A DNA stretch of 62,990 nt, the filler included, from Octopus bimaculoides (lineage: Eukaryota), in NCBI RefSeq assembly GCF_001194135.2. It is 5 parts of 4 records of this genome, joined end to end, with 100 filler letters (N's around TTAATTAATTAA, not from the genome) between each part and the next. Parts side by side here need not be neighbours in the genome. Positions count along the whole stretch, not along the records: positions 1 to 15,405 come from NC_068984.1; positions 15,506 to 39,354 come from NC_068981.1; 3 more parts are not named here. One strand, 5' to 3'. A program made the translations under genes and the position numbers. Below, piece by piece: positions 13,294 through 25,699 of this stretch (within the stretch, counting starts at the first letter, position 1; each line of letters starts with the position of its first letter). The notes beneath the pieces are model-generated. The model ran no database searches, had not been told where the DNA came from, and was given only the letters and a program-made list of their open reading frames with translations.

Positions 13294-14640
13294 GAAGGTG
13301 TCTGTCTTCACTCTTTTCAACCTCGTCCACCACTCTATCTCTTTCACCATATCCACCAGACAGAGGAAAACTGCACTCTCAGCGAAAACAAGGTGGTGGG
13401 GTGATCTTGGTCGAAAATCGGATCCGTCTTACACTCGACAACAGCAATTTGACAAAGCTTCAAACTGGGCGAATGCTTGCAGACCGGTTTCATCAGCCTA
13501 CGTACATCTCGAACAGGTCCATCTGACAGCCCTTCTGTGCCTGTAGAGCTTGTCTTCAACCGGCAGAACTCCCTCGCCCCGGCAGCATTGCCAGGCCAAG
13601 GATTTCTGGAAATTATCCATAGGCCTAGACCCGAATGTCCTCCGGAAAAGACTCGTCAATTGACCTCTCCGGAGGCACAGAGATTCCCAGAGAACGTCGT
13701 CGCTCCTCCTCGCCACTAATCGCATATAGAACTCCAATGTAGAGTTTCTACCGACAGTATTGCCCAACTGGCTGTGAACGCTTGGTGATACTCCAGGTTT
13801 CAAGCGCCTTTTCTCGGTCTACGCTTCATCAAAGACTGTAGCTCTGTCACTGAGCCGAGCAGCGGAAAATCCTATCTGGTAAACGGTGACCACACCTTGT
13901 CACCATTAAGTAAACGCTGAGGATGTCGCAGCCTCAGCGCTTATCTGCGCATCATTAACCACGACATGCCGAGTCCTTCACTAAGCGGCTGTTGACAGTA
14001 GATGAACCGTTTGACGAGCGGAACATGCTCCTTCCACAGAAAGCGGAAGACCAAGCGCTCCCGCTTGATCAGACACAAAGAAAGACTAGCGACGACAGCC
14101 AGGCGGTAGAGGGTGATGGACACGATGACGTATTCGTCACCTCCGTCCGACAACTCAAGGACAGTTTCTAATCTGCCATTTCTGGGTGAGATAAGCCACC
14201 CTGCTCGTCATCTCACCCCCCCCCCCCCGTTGTTGTCCACTTCGGGGTTCGGACCAAACCAGACTCCAAGTAATTTAACCGGTCCTTCCGTCAGCGCCCT
14301 ACAACACTGTCGGGTGGCATGGACCTGCCTCTCCAGATGCCGAGCTGCAGGTCCATCGACTTCTGCTCAGTCATTGTTCGAGTCACCGCTTGCGTTCCCT
14401 TAGGGTTGTGCCGATCACCTCAGTTGCCAAGATGTTCGATACCATTCCGGTGACGTCATCGCATAAGCCGACACCATCCTTCCACGTCCTATTTCACGCG
14501 GGATACCCCTCGAAATATCCAGCGTCCGTAGCAATAGCTCGAGAGCCTGCACGTACAAAAAGGGCAAGAGTGGTTATCCTTGACGGACCGAACGTGCGAT
14601 GCTAAATGATTCCGATAAATGGCTATTCACCTTAACCACT
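13294..14640 (-). mobile_element. Tx1/L1-like LINE ORF2 fragment (RT motifs and zf-RVT-like region), truncated at both ends
   Basis: Minus strand gives VVKVNSHLSESFSIARSVRQG*PLLPFLYVQALE, SAYA(frameshift)DDVT, VKLLGVWFG, RFLWKEHVPLVKR..EGLGM and SLAWQCCRGEGVLPVEDKLYRH..TCSRC, i.e. RT QGxPLS/YADD/KxLG motifs and the C-terminal Cys region. It is homologous to 55480-56211. Confidence 0.92.
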
Positions 14641-14654
14641 GAACAAATGCCGCT

Positions 14655-14790
14655 GTTACAGTCATTGGACTGCAGTTATGCTGGGGCACCACTTTGAAGG
14701 ACTTAGTCGAACAAATGAAACCTAATACTTATTTTTTAAGTCTGGTATTTATTCTGTAGGCCTCTTTCGTCGAACCGCTAATTTACAGAG
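14655..14790 (-). mobile_element. SINE family B 3' fragment
   Basis: cagtcattggactgcagttatgctggggcaccactttgaagg is the reverse complement of the family B tail. Confidence 0.7.
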
Positions 14791-15449
14791 ACAATGTAAA
14801 CTTTCAGCATGACAATATAAAATTTCATCTATCAACATATCCTTGGCTTGAAGAGTAGCCTACGGTAAACACCTCGCTTGGATATTTACCACTTATTCAA
14901 TTAAATGGAGTTGCATGAATTGATCGTACTGCATTACCTCTGGATATCCTTGCTGCTTATTTTGATTTTAATCACCTTACTTTGAAATTGTATCGATAAT
15001 ACTGTACTAAATTCTAGTGCCTCACCTTAAGTACCATATTCACCTGAATCTAAATTTTTGCTGAACTTATCTACCATACCCAATATATATATATATATAC
15101 ATATAGGTTATAAGCGATAGTGGTGTCAATTAGACCCAAGGGTTTCAGGTAATACTGGGTAAGTGCTATGGATAGACCACAGTTAAGCTCCAGGTTCGGT
15201 GATTATGCGAAAAAGGGGTCCAACGTAGGGCATATATCAGCGTGTGAATATAAAGGTTTACTTTTCGTATTGAGAGAAAAAAAACCAAGGCTGTGTATAA
15301 TAAACAGCCTTGGTTTTTTATCTCATTACGAAAAGTAAATCCTTATATATACATATATATTTGCATGCATATATGATATTTATATATGTATATATGCATG
15401 TGTATNNNNNNNNNNNNNNNNNNNNNNNNNNNNNNNNNNNNNNNNNNNN

Positions 15450-15461
15450 TTAATTAATTAA
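15450..15461. other. Artificial TTAATTAATTAA pad inside a 100-nt scaffold gap
   Basis: 44 N + TTAATTAATTAA + 44 N. Identical constructs occur at 39399-39410, 51165-51176 and 61058-61069. The pad gives a stop codon in all six frames. Confidence 0.95.
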
Positions 15462-15505
15462 NNNNNNNNNNNNNNNNNNNNNNNNNNNNNNNNNNNNNNN
15501 NNNNN

Positions 15506-15571
<66 letters not shown>

Positions 15572-15934
15572 GTGTGGCGTGATAATTTTAAATTATGACT
15601 TGATGGTGCAAGAAGGGAAGGTATTACGTATGTACGTCTAATACATGAAAATAAGTCATTAATATTTATGCCGACATATTTAATGTAGTAAGCTAGATAA
15701 TTTTAATTAATTTCCAATTATACCGTTTTTACTCGTACAGTACATCTGCACATAGTTTCATTGGAGAGATGCCAGACAAACGTCAGGCAGCATGACGGTT
15801 TCTTGTTGCCGTGGACAGCTACGTTATGTGTATCGCCGCGTCAAATTACGTATGAAAGGCTACCATAGTAAATACATGACACTGATAGAAGCAGCAGCAG
15901 CAGCAACACACTGGGCTTTTATTTTGCTGTTTTA

Positions 15935-16730
15935 CCGCTTCCTCTCTTTCATATTTTACTGGTTTCAGTCATTGGACTGCGGCTCTTCCTTGAAAGTTTT
16001 AGTTGAATAAACTGACCCTAGTATATTTTTTAAAAACAAGAAAAATATCTGATACTTATTCTATCGATTTCATTTGCAAAACCTCTACATTGTGGGGACA
16101 TAAAGAAACTAACACCGGTTGTCAAGCAACGGTGTTAAGACAACCACGTCNNNNNNNNNNNNNNNNNNNNNNNNNNNNNNNNNNNNNNNNNNNNNNNNNN
16201 NNNNNNNNNNNNNNNNNNNNNNNNNNNNNNNNNNNNNNNNNNNNNNNNNNNNNNNNNNNNNNNNNNNNNNNNNNNNNNNNNNNNNNNNNNNNNNNNNNNN
16301 NNNNNNNNNNNNNNNNNNNNNNNNNNNNNNNNNNNNNNNNNNNNNNNNNNNNNNNNNNNNNNNNNNNNNNNNNNNNNNNNNNNNNNNNNNNNNNNNNNNN
16401 NNNNNNNNNNNNNNNNNNNNNNNNNNNNNNNNNNNNNNNNNNNNNNNNNNNNNNNNNNNNNNNNNNNNNNNNNNNNNNNNNNNNNNNNNNNNNNNNNNNN
16501 NNNNNNNNNNNNNNNNNNNNNNNNNNNNNNNNNNNNNNNNNNATACATATACATATATATATATATATACGACAGGCTCCTTTTCAGTTTCCGTCTACCA
16601 AATCCACTCACAAGGCTTTGGTCGGCCCCGAAGCTATAGTAGAAGACACTTGCCCAAGATGCCACGCAGTGGGACTGAACCTGAAACCATGTGGTTGGTA
16701 AGCAAGCTACTTACCACACAGCCACTCCTA
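15935..16730 (-). mobile_element. SINE family B, near full length, spanning a gap
   Basis: The head at 16730-16569 reads ggagtggctgtgtggtaagtagcttgcttaccaaccacatggtttcaggttcagtcccactgcgtggcatcttgggcaagtgtctt (tRNA-like head plus a CORE-like ttgggcaagt segment). The 3' half lies at 16150-15935. Confidence 0.85.
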
Positions 16731-16832
16731 GCTAAGAAGTCACATGAGAGTCCACAGATGTTTTATAAGTACAGAGTTCAGTTTTCATACACCCGGAATC
16801 CAATACTCTCATATCAGAAAACAAAACAAAAA

Positions 16833-17014
16833 TAGGTGTTGTTGAGTGGTAAGAAGTTTGCTTCCCAACCGCATGGTTCTGGGTTCAGTCCCACTGCGTG
16901 TCATCTTGGTTAAGTATCTTCTATTATAGCCCCGGGTCCACCAAAGCCTTGTAAGTTAATTTAGTAGATAGAAACGGAAAGAAACCTATCGTGTGTGTGT
17001 ATGTGTGTGCGCGC

Positions 17015-17056
<42 letters not shown>

Positions 17057-17335
17057 GCGCAAGCGATAGAATAAGTATCAGACATTTTTGTTGTTTTTGT
17101 GCGCGCATGCGTGTGCGTGTGCGTGTACGTGCGTGTGTGTCTTTCTTTTTGAGCTTGTCTCCCACCACCGCTTGGCAACCGTATTTGTCTGTTTTCCTCT
17201 CTGTAACCAAGTGGTTCGGCAAGAGAGACCGATCGAATTAGTATCAAACTTTAAAGAAAATAAGCACTATAAACCCTTCAAGGCGGTGCCCCAGCATGGC
17301 AACTGTCCAATGACTTAAGCAAATAACAGATAAAA
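16833..17335 (+). mobile_element. SINE family B, full length with internal (TG)n
   Basis: Head and CORE-like part 16833-16990, internal TG/CG microsatellite 16990-17150, 3' half ending aaggcggtgccccagcatggcaactgtccaatgact. Confidence 0.88.
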
Positions 17336-18129
17336 TGAATAAATCTGCCAGTTATGGTCTGGGACTCTAAGCAAAGGAATAGTTATCTCTCTTCTGTTTA
17401 TTTTTACAGATAAATTACTTAGAGCATTATCTAATAGGATTATTTTTTTTACTTCTATACTTCCTGAATATATTATATTCCTAATATTAGCAAACAACAA
17501 CGATAACAACTATACTAACAGCAACAATAACAATATTAAAGGCAACAGTAATAGTTATAACACTGAACGCAGGACAAATTGTTGTACACACGTATATGAC
17601 GTATTTCCACACTATATTTATGTACGCATGTTTCGAACAAGCAAAAAAGAAAACAAGACTCTATGACGTATTATATCGCTATGACTTACGTACCTCAGCT
17701 TACAATCCTTTGGGTTGTAGCTCTACTTCTGGTTTATTATTACAACGAATAAATACAGCCCTAACAGTCTGTGCACGAATCAATCTCTCATGGATTGCTC
17801 TCCCATTTCTCTTGCTTCTCTCTCCCCTTCAATTTGTCCCTACTCCTTCACATCATCTCTCTGTCTGTCGCTTTCTCTTTCTCTTTCTCTCCCTCTATCT
17901 CTCCCTCTCCCCCTCTCTCTCTCTCTCCATATATCTCCTCGCTGCATCAAGTCACTATTATTGAATTGCTTGACTAGAGATAGCCAGAAACAAATGAATT
18001 ATGAAAATTAATTATTTTGCTTTATTTGTTCCCCCACCGTTTGCAATATTTAGCCAAGCAACAATCACCAAGATAATGATAGCAGAGTTAAGGAAGATCG
18101 ATAAATAATTTGCAATATCACTATGCGGC

Positions 18130-18216
18130 AGTCATATATATGTGAATGTGTATGTGTCATTATATCAGTATGTATGCATAAGTGTGTGTGTGTGTATATA
18201 TATATATATGTATATA

Positions 18217-18268
<52 letters not shown>

Positions 18269-18577
18269 GAGAGAGAGAGAGATGTATACAACGACACAAC
18301 TATATAGATATATATATACATATATATGCACGTATATGTGCGCGCGTGTGTTTGTGTGTGTACATACTTATATATACATGTGTCTAGATGGATGTATGTC
18401 TCTCTGGATGTGTGCGCATGTATATGCACCGCCATGTACAAATAAAATGCATGCCAGCAAACATATTATTATGCATATGTCTATGTATGCCATGTATATA
18501 TGAGTGTACCTTTCAGTGTCACATCTGCACGAATGCATATATGCCTAAACATACGTGTATATATGTTTATATGTATG

Positions 18578-18639
<62 letters not shown>

Positions 18640-18677
18640 CATATACACACACACACACATATATGTATGTAAAGGTA

Positions 18678-18716
<39 letters not shown>

Positions 18717-19315
18717 TCACGCCCACACTCGCAGCGGGAATTTGTATAGAGTGTGTTATAATATTGGATATGTAGGGTACACGGTTCATCTAAATTAATA
18801 ACACCCTAGAATACAATATACATAACAAAAACAATAATACCCTAATATCGACATAATATTGATTGAAAATCGCCCACACCTCACTATCCTCCTTCCGGCT
18901 AATTCATTACTTAGCAGTTTCTATTCCCAGCCAAATCTATAATGAGCGTCGTGCTGTTAGCTGAAAAGTTACACCACACTTGCTGAGTGTATTGTGGGCA
19001 CTGTACAACGCATTAAACTTACACCTCTAAACATATACAGATATTTGCGTACGTATGTATTAGCTAATTACTTTATTAATTATACACACAGGCAGACAAA
19101 CACGTACAGATATAGATGTATGCAAATATATTAATATATTACTTTGCACACAGACATATACAGAAATACACACACACACACACACACACATACACACACG
19201 CGCACATAAGTAGGTATGTATATATATATACATACATACATACACACACGCATAAGTATGTATATATGTGTATGTGTATGTGTATATGTGTAGGTATTTA
19301 TATATGTATATATAT

Positions 19316-19370
<55 letters not shown>

Positions 19371-19633
19371 CAGATATATATACATACATACATGCGTGTG
19401 TATATAAATGTATATACACTTATAAGTATATAGATGACATAATGAGCAATGCTTGTACATACTAACTCGTTTATATATACGTGTGTGATTGTATGCTTGT
19501 GTGTGTGGGAGTGTACACGCATGTATTAGCTAATTAGTTTATGAATTATACACAGAAACACAAAACACCGAGAGACCTATATAACATTGTATATAACAAT
19601 ATGTGTGTGTATGTGTGTGTATGTGTGTGTGTG

Positions 19634-19665
<32 letters not shown>

Positions 19666-19700
19666 GAGACAGACAGACAGACAGACAGACACACAGATAG
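18130..19700. repeat. Dense compound (TA)n/(TG)n/(CA)n/(GA)n microsatellite field
   Basis: Direct reading. It generates the [12 protein letters not shown] pseudo-ORFs in the track. Confidence 0.95.
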
Positions 19701-19884
19701 ACAAAGACAAACAGAGAAAGAGAAATTCCGTATCATATTAGAGGTATAAACGGACTACGTATATGAGACAACCTCCAGAATTTCAAGTGATTGGCAACAG
19801 GACCTTTGTCACAGCCGCCTACATCTTCGGAACGACTGACCCTGAGGTTCACCTTCAGTTTTTTTGTTTTGTTTTGTTTTTTTT

Positions 19885-20008
19885 GCTGTAATTTCAGCTC
19901 AGAGCTGCGGCCATGCTGATGCACCGCCGTTTAATGTAAAGACAGACGAAATACCGCTAAGCATTTCGCCCGGCGTGCTAACGTTTCTGCCAGCTCGCCG
20001 CCTTAATA
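19885..20008 (-). mobile_element. Chimeric SINE: family A head joined to family B tail
   Basis: Minus strand reads aaggcggcgagctggcagaaacgttagcacgccgggcgaaatgcttagcggtatttcgtctgtctttac, then aaacggcggtgcatcagcatggccgcagctc. Confidence 0.75.
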
Positions 20009-20242
20009 TTAGGCAGTAATGTAAAAGAAATGTTAGTAGATAATACACCGTGGATGAGTCTTTAATGTATAAACTCTGCCTTGCTTCACGATACCCCACG
20101 CTCTTAAAGTCTGTATATTATATATGGTGTATAGAAAATGGTATATACAATACCTTTATACAAATACAATATGCATCTCTAGATTTGGGGCTGATTTGCT
20201 TCTGTCTGGCAACGTGGTTACGTTACGTCTCTCCTGAATATT

Positions 20243-20455
20243 AATTTCAAATTTTGGCACAAGGCCAGCAGTTTCGGGGGAGCAGTTTCGTCGCTTTCAT
20301 CGACACCAGTGATCAACTGGTACTTACTTTAATTATCCCGAAAGAATGAAAGGCAGATTCGACCCCGGCGGAATTTGAACTCAGATCGAGAAGACGAACG
20401 AAATGCCGCTAAGCATTTTTCACAGGATGCTAACAGTTCTGCCAGCTCACCGCCT
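20243..20455 (-). mobile_element. SINE family A, full length (tail B type)
   Basis: Head ggcggtgagctggcagaactgttagc, B box gagttcaaattcc, central domain, and tail ggccttgtgccaaaatttgaaatt. Confidence 0.85.
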
Positions 20456-21229
20456 GCTTTCTCCTGAATATCAAAGAAGGACTTGTAATAAATCTGGTCT
20501 TGAAGGAGGCCTTGTTTTGTGCCCTCATATATTTGTACATTCGTCACCCCCACTGTTATCTTTCGAGACTACTCTTGTCACATAAATGCGGAGTATTACA
20601 TTAAATTGACCGTTCAGTAACATCTGACGTTACCTCTAGAACGAGTAACCAGCTTCTGTGTTAGGTTTGAACCAATTTACTAAAATTGCTTTTATGCTAT
20701 GTGCACAGCTAAAAGAAACCCTCCCGATAAGCATATTAACAACATTTCTGCACCAACATGTATGTGAAAACTCATAATCTGGAAATATATTATAACATTA
20801 GCAGAGATAATAATAAAAGACTGTGGGCTGTAGTAGACACATATTGAGATATTTGTGATATGTCAGAAATATATACTCATAAAAATACTGACGTGTTTTT
20901 TCCACTTTCCAGAGTAACTTATATCATATAAACTGAAATCAATAAATATAAAATTAATGTTTTAAATGTTTTAATTTTGAATTTATTACACAATTTATAC
21001 ATTTATAAATATTAATGAATAAATATAAATTAATTCTCCACAAATTTCCTCAGTTATTGTTTCAATTTTTTACAGTTATTTTCAAAATATTTGTTAACTT
21101 TCATTACATAGAATTTAAAATTCCTCCTCATAGATAAAAGGTTAAATTTGTCAAACATCACGCCAGGAAACAATGCTGAAGTAATAGTTTTTACAAAACC
21201 TGGATACATTAACTCGAGGAAGAATGTGA

Positions 21230-22410
21230 ATGAAAATTGTAGAAATGCGGAAATACAACAATTTTTTTCGTAATATGGATTTACTTTTGACCAAGAAGTG
21301 CACCATCCAGTTTGATTGATTTATAATGAATATTTGGCGAATAAAAGTGTGATACCTGCTAAATTGAAAGGACATCTTAATATTAGGCATTCTGCCTTTG
21401 CAGGCAAATCCCTGCCACATTTTGGAAAATTACTGAAATTTTTGAAAGTGCAAAAATCCTATTTTAACACTACTAAGAACATCATATGAAACTTCATACT
21501 TAAATACCAAAATTAAGAAATCACACACTAATGTTGAAGGACTGGAGTTGCTTGCGGCAGATAAAATTACAAAAGTTATTCACAAATAGACCTATGTGAA
21601 GAAAATAAGAAATAAAATTTGCTGCCAACTGCTGCAGTGTATAAAATAAGTACAAAATTATCGACGACACACTTGTACAACTCACTGAAAGAGTTAAACG
21701 GAGTGCTAAATTTGCGATTCATCTTGCTGAATCGACCGATCAACCCGCCGACAATGCCGATGCAGCTCTGCTATTGTGATTTGTCAGAAATATTTGTATG
21801 AAAACAGGGTGTAGACTAACACAATGATTTGCTTCTCAATAGAGGGACATCAAATAGGTTCTGTTGTTTTCTCCAAAGTGAACCAATTTCTAAAGGAAGT
21901 ATTTCTGGAAATAAATAAATGTTGGTATCTCTAATAATGATGTAGCAGTCATGATCTGTACTGCAAGCAATGCACTTTAATACATTCGCTTATGCGCGAC
22001 CTATCGCTTGGCATTACTAGGCAAAATGTCTTCAGACCTAATACAAGATACTTAATAAAATTGATCAACTTCATTAGAAGTAATGTATTGAATAGCTGCC
22101 TTTTCGTTAGGCTATGGCAAAGTAGATCTGTATTCAATAAATATTTATTGCATACAAAAGTACGATTGCTGTCAAAGGGCTCAGCTCTGAGAAGACTAGT
22201 AAGCGTTAAAATAATATGAAGAAATGTTGAATTTTTTTTAAACGTTAAAATAAAAGTTTGTAAACAGCTTTCATGGTGATTCGTCTGACTTCACAAATAA
22301 TGTTGTTTATCAGATATATTTGAAAGCATTAATGAACTTCAAATGCTTCTCAAAGTCAAGTGAAGAAGACAAATACTTTCAGTCTGAAATGTAAAATTAA
22401 AGGGTCCAGC
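21230..22410 (+). mobile_element. hAT (Buster/Charlie-like) transposase relic
   Basis: Translation across stops and frameshifts gives YGFTFDQEVHHPV*LIYNEYLANKSVIPAKLKGHLNIRH (N-terminal Zn region, cf. LANESMKPSKL.RHL..KH), FAIHLAESTD (cf. FALQLDESTD, first catalytic Asp lost), CTLIH, FIRSNVLNS.LF...LLHTKVRLLSKG (cf. HTEVRWLSRG) and DIFESINEL. No terminal inverted repeats (TIRs) were identified. Confidence 0.85.
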
Positions 22411-22611
22411 TACACGCATACACACATAGACACACATCTGTGGAAAAGCAGATCTGTGGAAACATACTGTAGAAAGTAATAAATTTGAAATATTAACCTT
22501 GAACTCAGGACATAAAGTAGCGAATCAAATACTACAAGACATTCTGTCCGTCACACACGTACACATACTACATACGTATATATACATGCATTTACCTATC
22601 TACATATACAC

Positions 22612-22683
<72 letters not shown>

Positions 22684-23102
22684 CATACGTATGTATGTAT
22701 GTATGTATGTATGCATATATGTATGTGTCAGTATGTTTATATGTACACACACACACATATATACATAATGAAAGAGATAGTCGAGCGAATGTCATAAAAT
22801 ATCGTAAGGAACACGCAATATTTAAAAACAGAGTTAAGTTTTTCAATAAGGAAATCACTCAAAACATCTTACTCTGACTTTCAGATAAACTCTAGAGATA
22901 CTACGTATAGAATTGAATCAAATCTTTGCTAACACCGAGCTTAAAATTGTCCAACATATCTCAAAACCTAATCTCGATAACTCCACGTTATGCATACATA
23001 TATAGAAACACACACATATAAGTACACACAGCATATGTATGTACGTACGCATGTATGCCAAAACATACTTTTATGTGTGTACATGTGATATTGTATAATA
23101 TA

Positions 23103-23318
23103 ATCCTTTCTATTATAGGCACAAGACCTGAAATTTTGGGGGAGGATGCCAGTCGATTAGATCAACACCAGTACGCAACTGGTACTTAATCTATCGACCC
23201 CGAAATGATGAAAGGCAAAGTCGACCTCTGTGGAATTTGAACTCAGAAGATAAGGACAGACAAAATGCCGCAAAGAATTTCGCCCGGCGTGCTAGCGGTT
23301 CTGCTAGCTCGCCGCCTG
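23103..23318 (-). mobile_element. SINE family A, full length (tail B)
   Basis: Complete head (aggcggcgagctagcagaaccgctagcacgccgggcg), B box, central domain and tail ttgtgcctataatagaaaggatta. Confidence 0.9.
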
Positions 23319-23557
23319 AATATTGTATAATATAGTATGATATATTATATGATATAATATATATATATATATAAATATATATACATATNNNNNNNNNNNN
23401 NNNNNNNNNNNNNNNNNNNNNNNNNNNNNNNNNNNNNNNNNNNNNNNNNNNNNNNNNNNNNNNNNNNNNNNNNNNNNNNNNNNNNNNNNNNNNNNNNNNN
23501 NNNNNNNNNNNNNNNNNNNNNNNNNNNNNNNNNNNNNNNNNNNNNNNNNNNNNNNNN

Positions 23558-23589
<32 letters not shown>

Positions 23590-24789
23590 TCTCGTCGGTT
23601 ACAGTTTTCCAAGGGGTCATTCACTGGGTACATAATTTACGATTGTAAAAATAACAAGGGGGTCATCATTTCAAGTCAGATAGAACTATCAGAATCACAC
23701 AACGTATTTCCGTTCGAAAGCACCAATTTACAGGTTTTCTTTGACGAAAACATTGATTTATTAATTTATATGATAATAAGAGAAGCTAGCCTTTCACTAT
23801 AAGTACATTTTCATTCTCTACAATGAATGAATCCTTTGCGTATTTCATGAATGTATTTATATCTATCGCGATAACAAAGTATACAACAGAACACTTTATA
23901 TTAAAATGGCGCCTGCAAGCAACATGAATTACCATGTCGTGTGAACATGTTTGGTTTGAGGGCTTCAACCAAAACTAAGTTTAATAGTGAGAAACTAACG
24001 GTGATTTGCTCCGCTGCAGGTTACTATATCCGGCCCATGTTCTATTGTCAGTCCGATCGTTAATTAAAACGATACATGTATTTCACACAATGTTACACAA
24101 GTTAGCTCGTGTCTAATAAAGCATCGTCTAGGAATTCTCGAGAGCTAATTTAGAAAACAAAAGATAGCCAGACGATAGCTTCAACTAGGTTAAGGGATGT
24201 TATTTACTAACGGCGAAAATTAAACAGGATTCTCATTTACTTGTGACATTGTGTCAGCCTTGTGTGAATATAGATGTTTATTATTAATATCTTCTGGTCA
24301 TTGCTTTTGTGTTTCAGTGGAAGTGCTGCAGATGTAGAAGTAGATATTACTATTCTCGTCGTCGGTGGTGTTGGTATTAGTGGTGAAACTATTTATTGTC
24401 GTTGGTGGTGGTAGTGGAAGAAACTACATTGACGATGGAGGTAGCAGTGAAGTTGCTAAGGCTGGACATATTGCCGTAGGTGTATGTAAGAACAGTAAGG
24501 TGCACATTGAAGATATTACAAATATATAATGGTATTAATTTTACTGGGGTAAATTGTTCAAATAGATGGTCCTGTTATTATTACAGCTGCTGCTGCTACT
24601 ACTGGCTACTGTTATCGTTCACTTAGGGTTGTTGTTATTGTATGTGTTACAGAATAGAAAATAAGATTCCAGGGAGCTGAGTCTGCGCCCCGATTTCGAT
24701 TCCTCTTTGAAGATATTTCGACACTGTACATCACAGAACATCCGATAACGAATTTCTGTTGATTTCTTCTGCAATTTTACTTGTTTCTT

Positions 24790-24990
24790 GTTATTGTTTA
24801 ACTCCGAGTTATTTCTGAGATAGCAGGCGTATGATTAAAGGTATTCCTCATATCGTCATCTTATTTTGTTTTGTTGCTGTTTTCTGTTTTGTACATCTAG
24901 GGCTTCCTTTTCCGTTATATCTTGCCGTTCTAGGAAGACAGGTTTGACCGAATTTTGGCTAATCGGAGACTGACCACCTACTCTGACCAT
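24790..24990 (+). mobile_element. Decayed family C interspersed repeat
   Basis: gtttaactccgagttatttctgagatagcaggcgtatgattaaaggtattcc resembles 34730-34790 (ggtcagctctgatcgaacggacctatgatcaaaggcgttcc). Confidence 0.45.
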
Positions 24991-25162
24991 TGGCGTTCAG
25001 TTTACTTAATTCACTAGAAACCCGTTCGAAAGTTCATTAACTTCGACAACGGATCATTATAATTGATGCCTCTCCACTAGAAAGAATTATTATTGATGCC
25101 TCTTTTCCCCCCATTAATTAAAAAGTAGTAAACGACAGAATGTTGGTCTCAATTTCTAGCAG

Positions 25163-25285
<123 letters not shown>

Positions 25286-25699
25286 CTATGTCCTCAGTTG
25301 AAATCCTCTCTACTTTCCTACTTCTTCGATCAATAATATAAACACCAGTTATGTCCTGGTGAAGATTTAGACGACTCTAACAACTGTTTTCAAATGTGTG
25401 ACTTATCGTCTGCTAACTTAAGAAATCACGAATATATGCCTCTTTATGAATGAAGGCAGACCACAGTAATTTCTAAATTACTCTCAGTAATAATTTAAGA
25501 GAAATGATTTTCACTTTATGAAGTCCACGATTTATTGAAATGTAATCATTAGAAGTCTATATTAATTCAATGAAAGTAGGAAATCATCAGATGAGAATCA
25601 AAGTTTGCTTAAATTGTACCACTTTGATATTAATTTCTTTCTGAAACCCAATATTAATATATAAAAGAGAAACAATCGATCAAGGAATCTTACTGCAGT

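Noticed and set aside
15450-15461. Recurrent TTAATTAATTAA motif (also 39399, 51165, 61058)
   Set aside because: Always centred in a 44N+12+44N gap; a scaffolding pad, not biology.
24316-24480. Strong plus-strand acceptor followed by a GC-richer segment
   Set aside because: All frames hit stops, and the segment is a degenerate (GGT/AGT/CGT) low-complexity tract.
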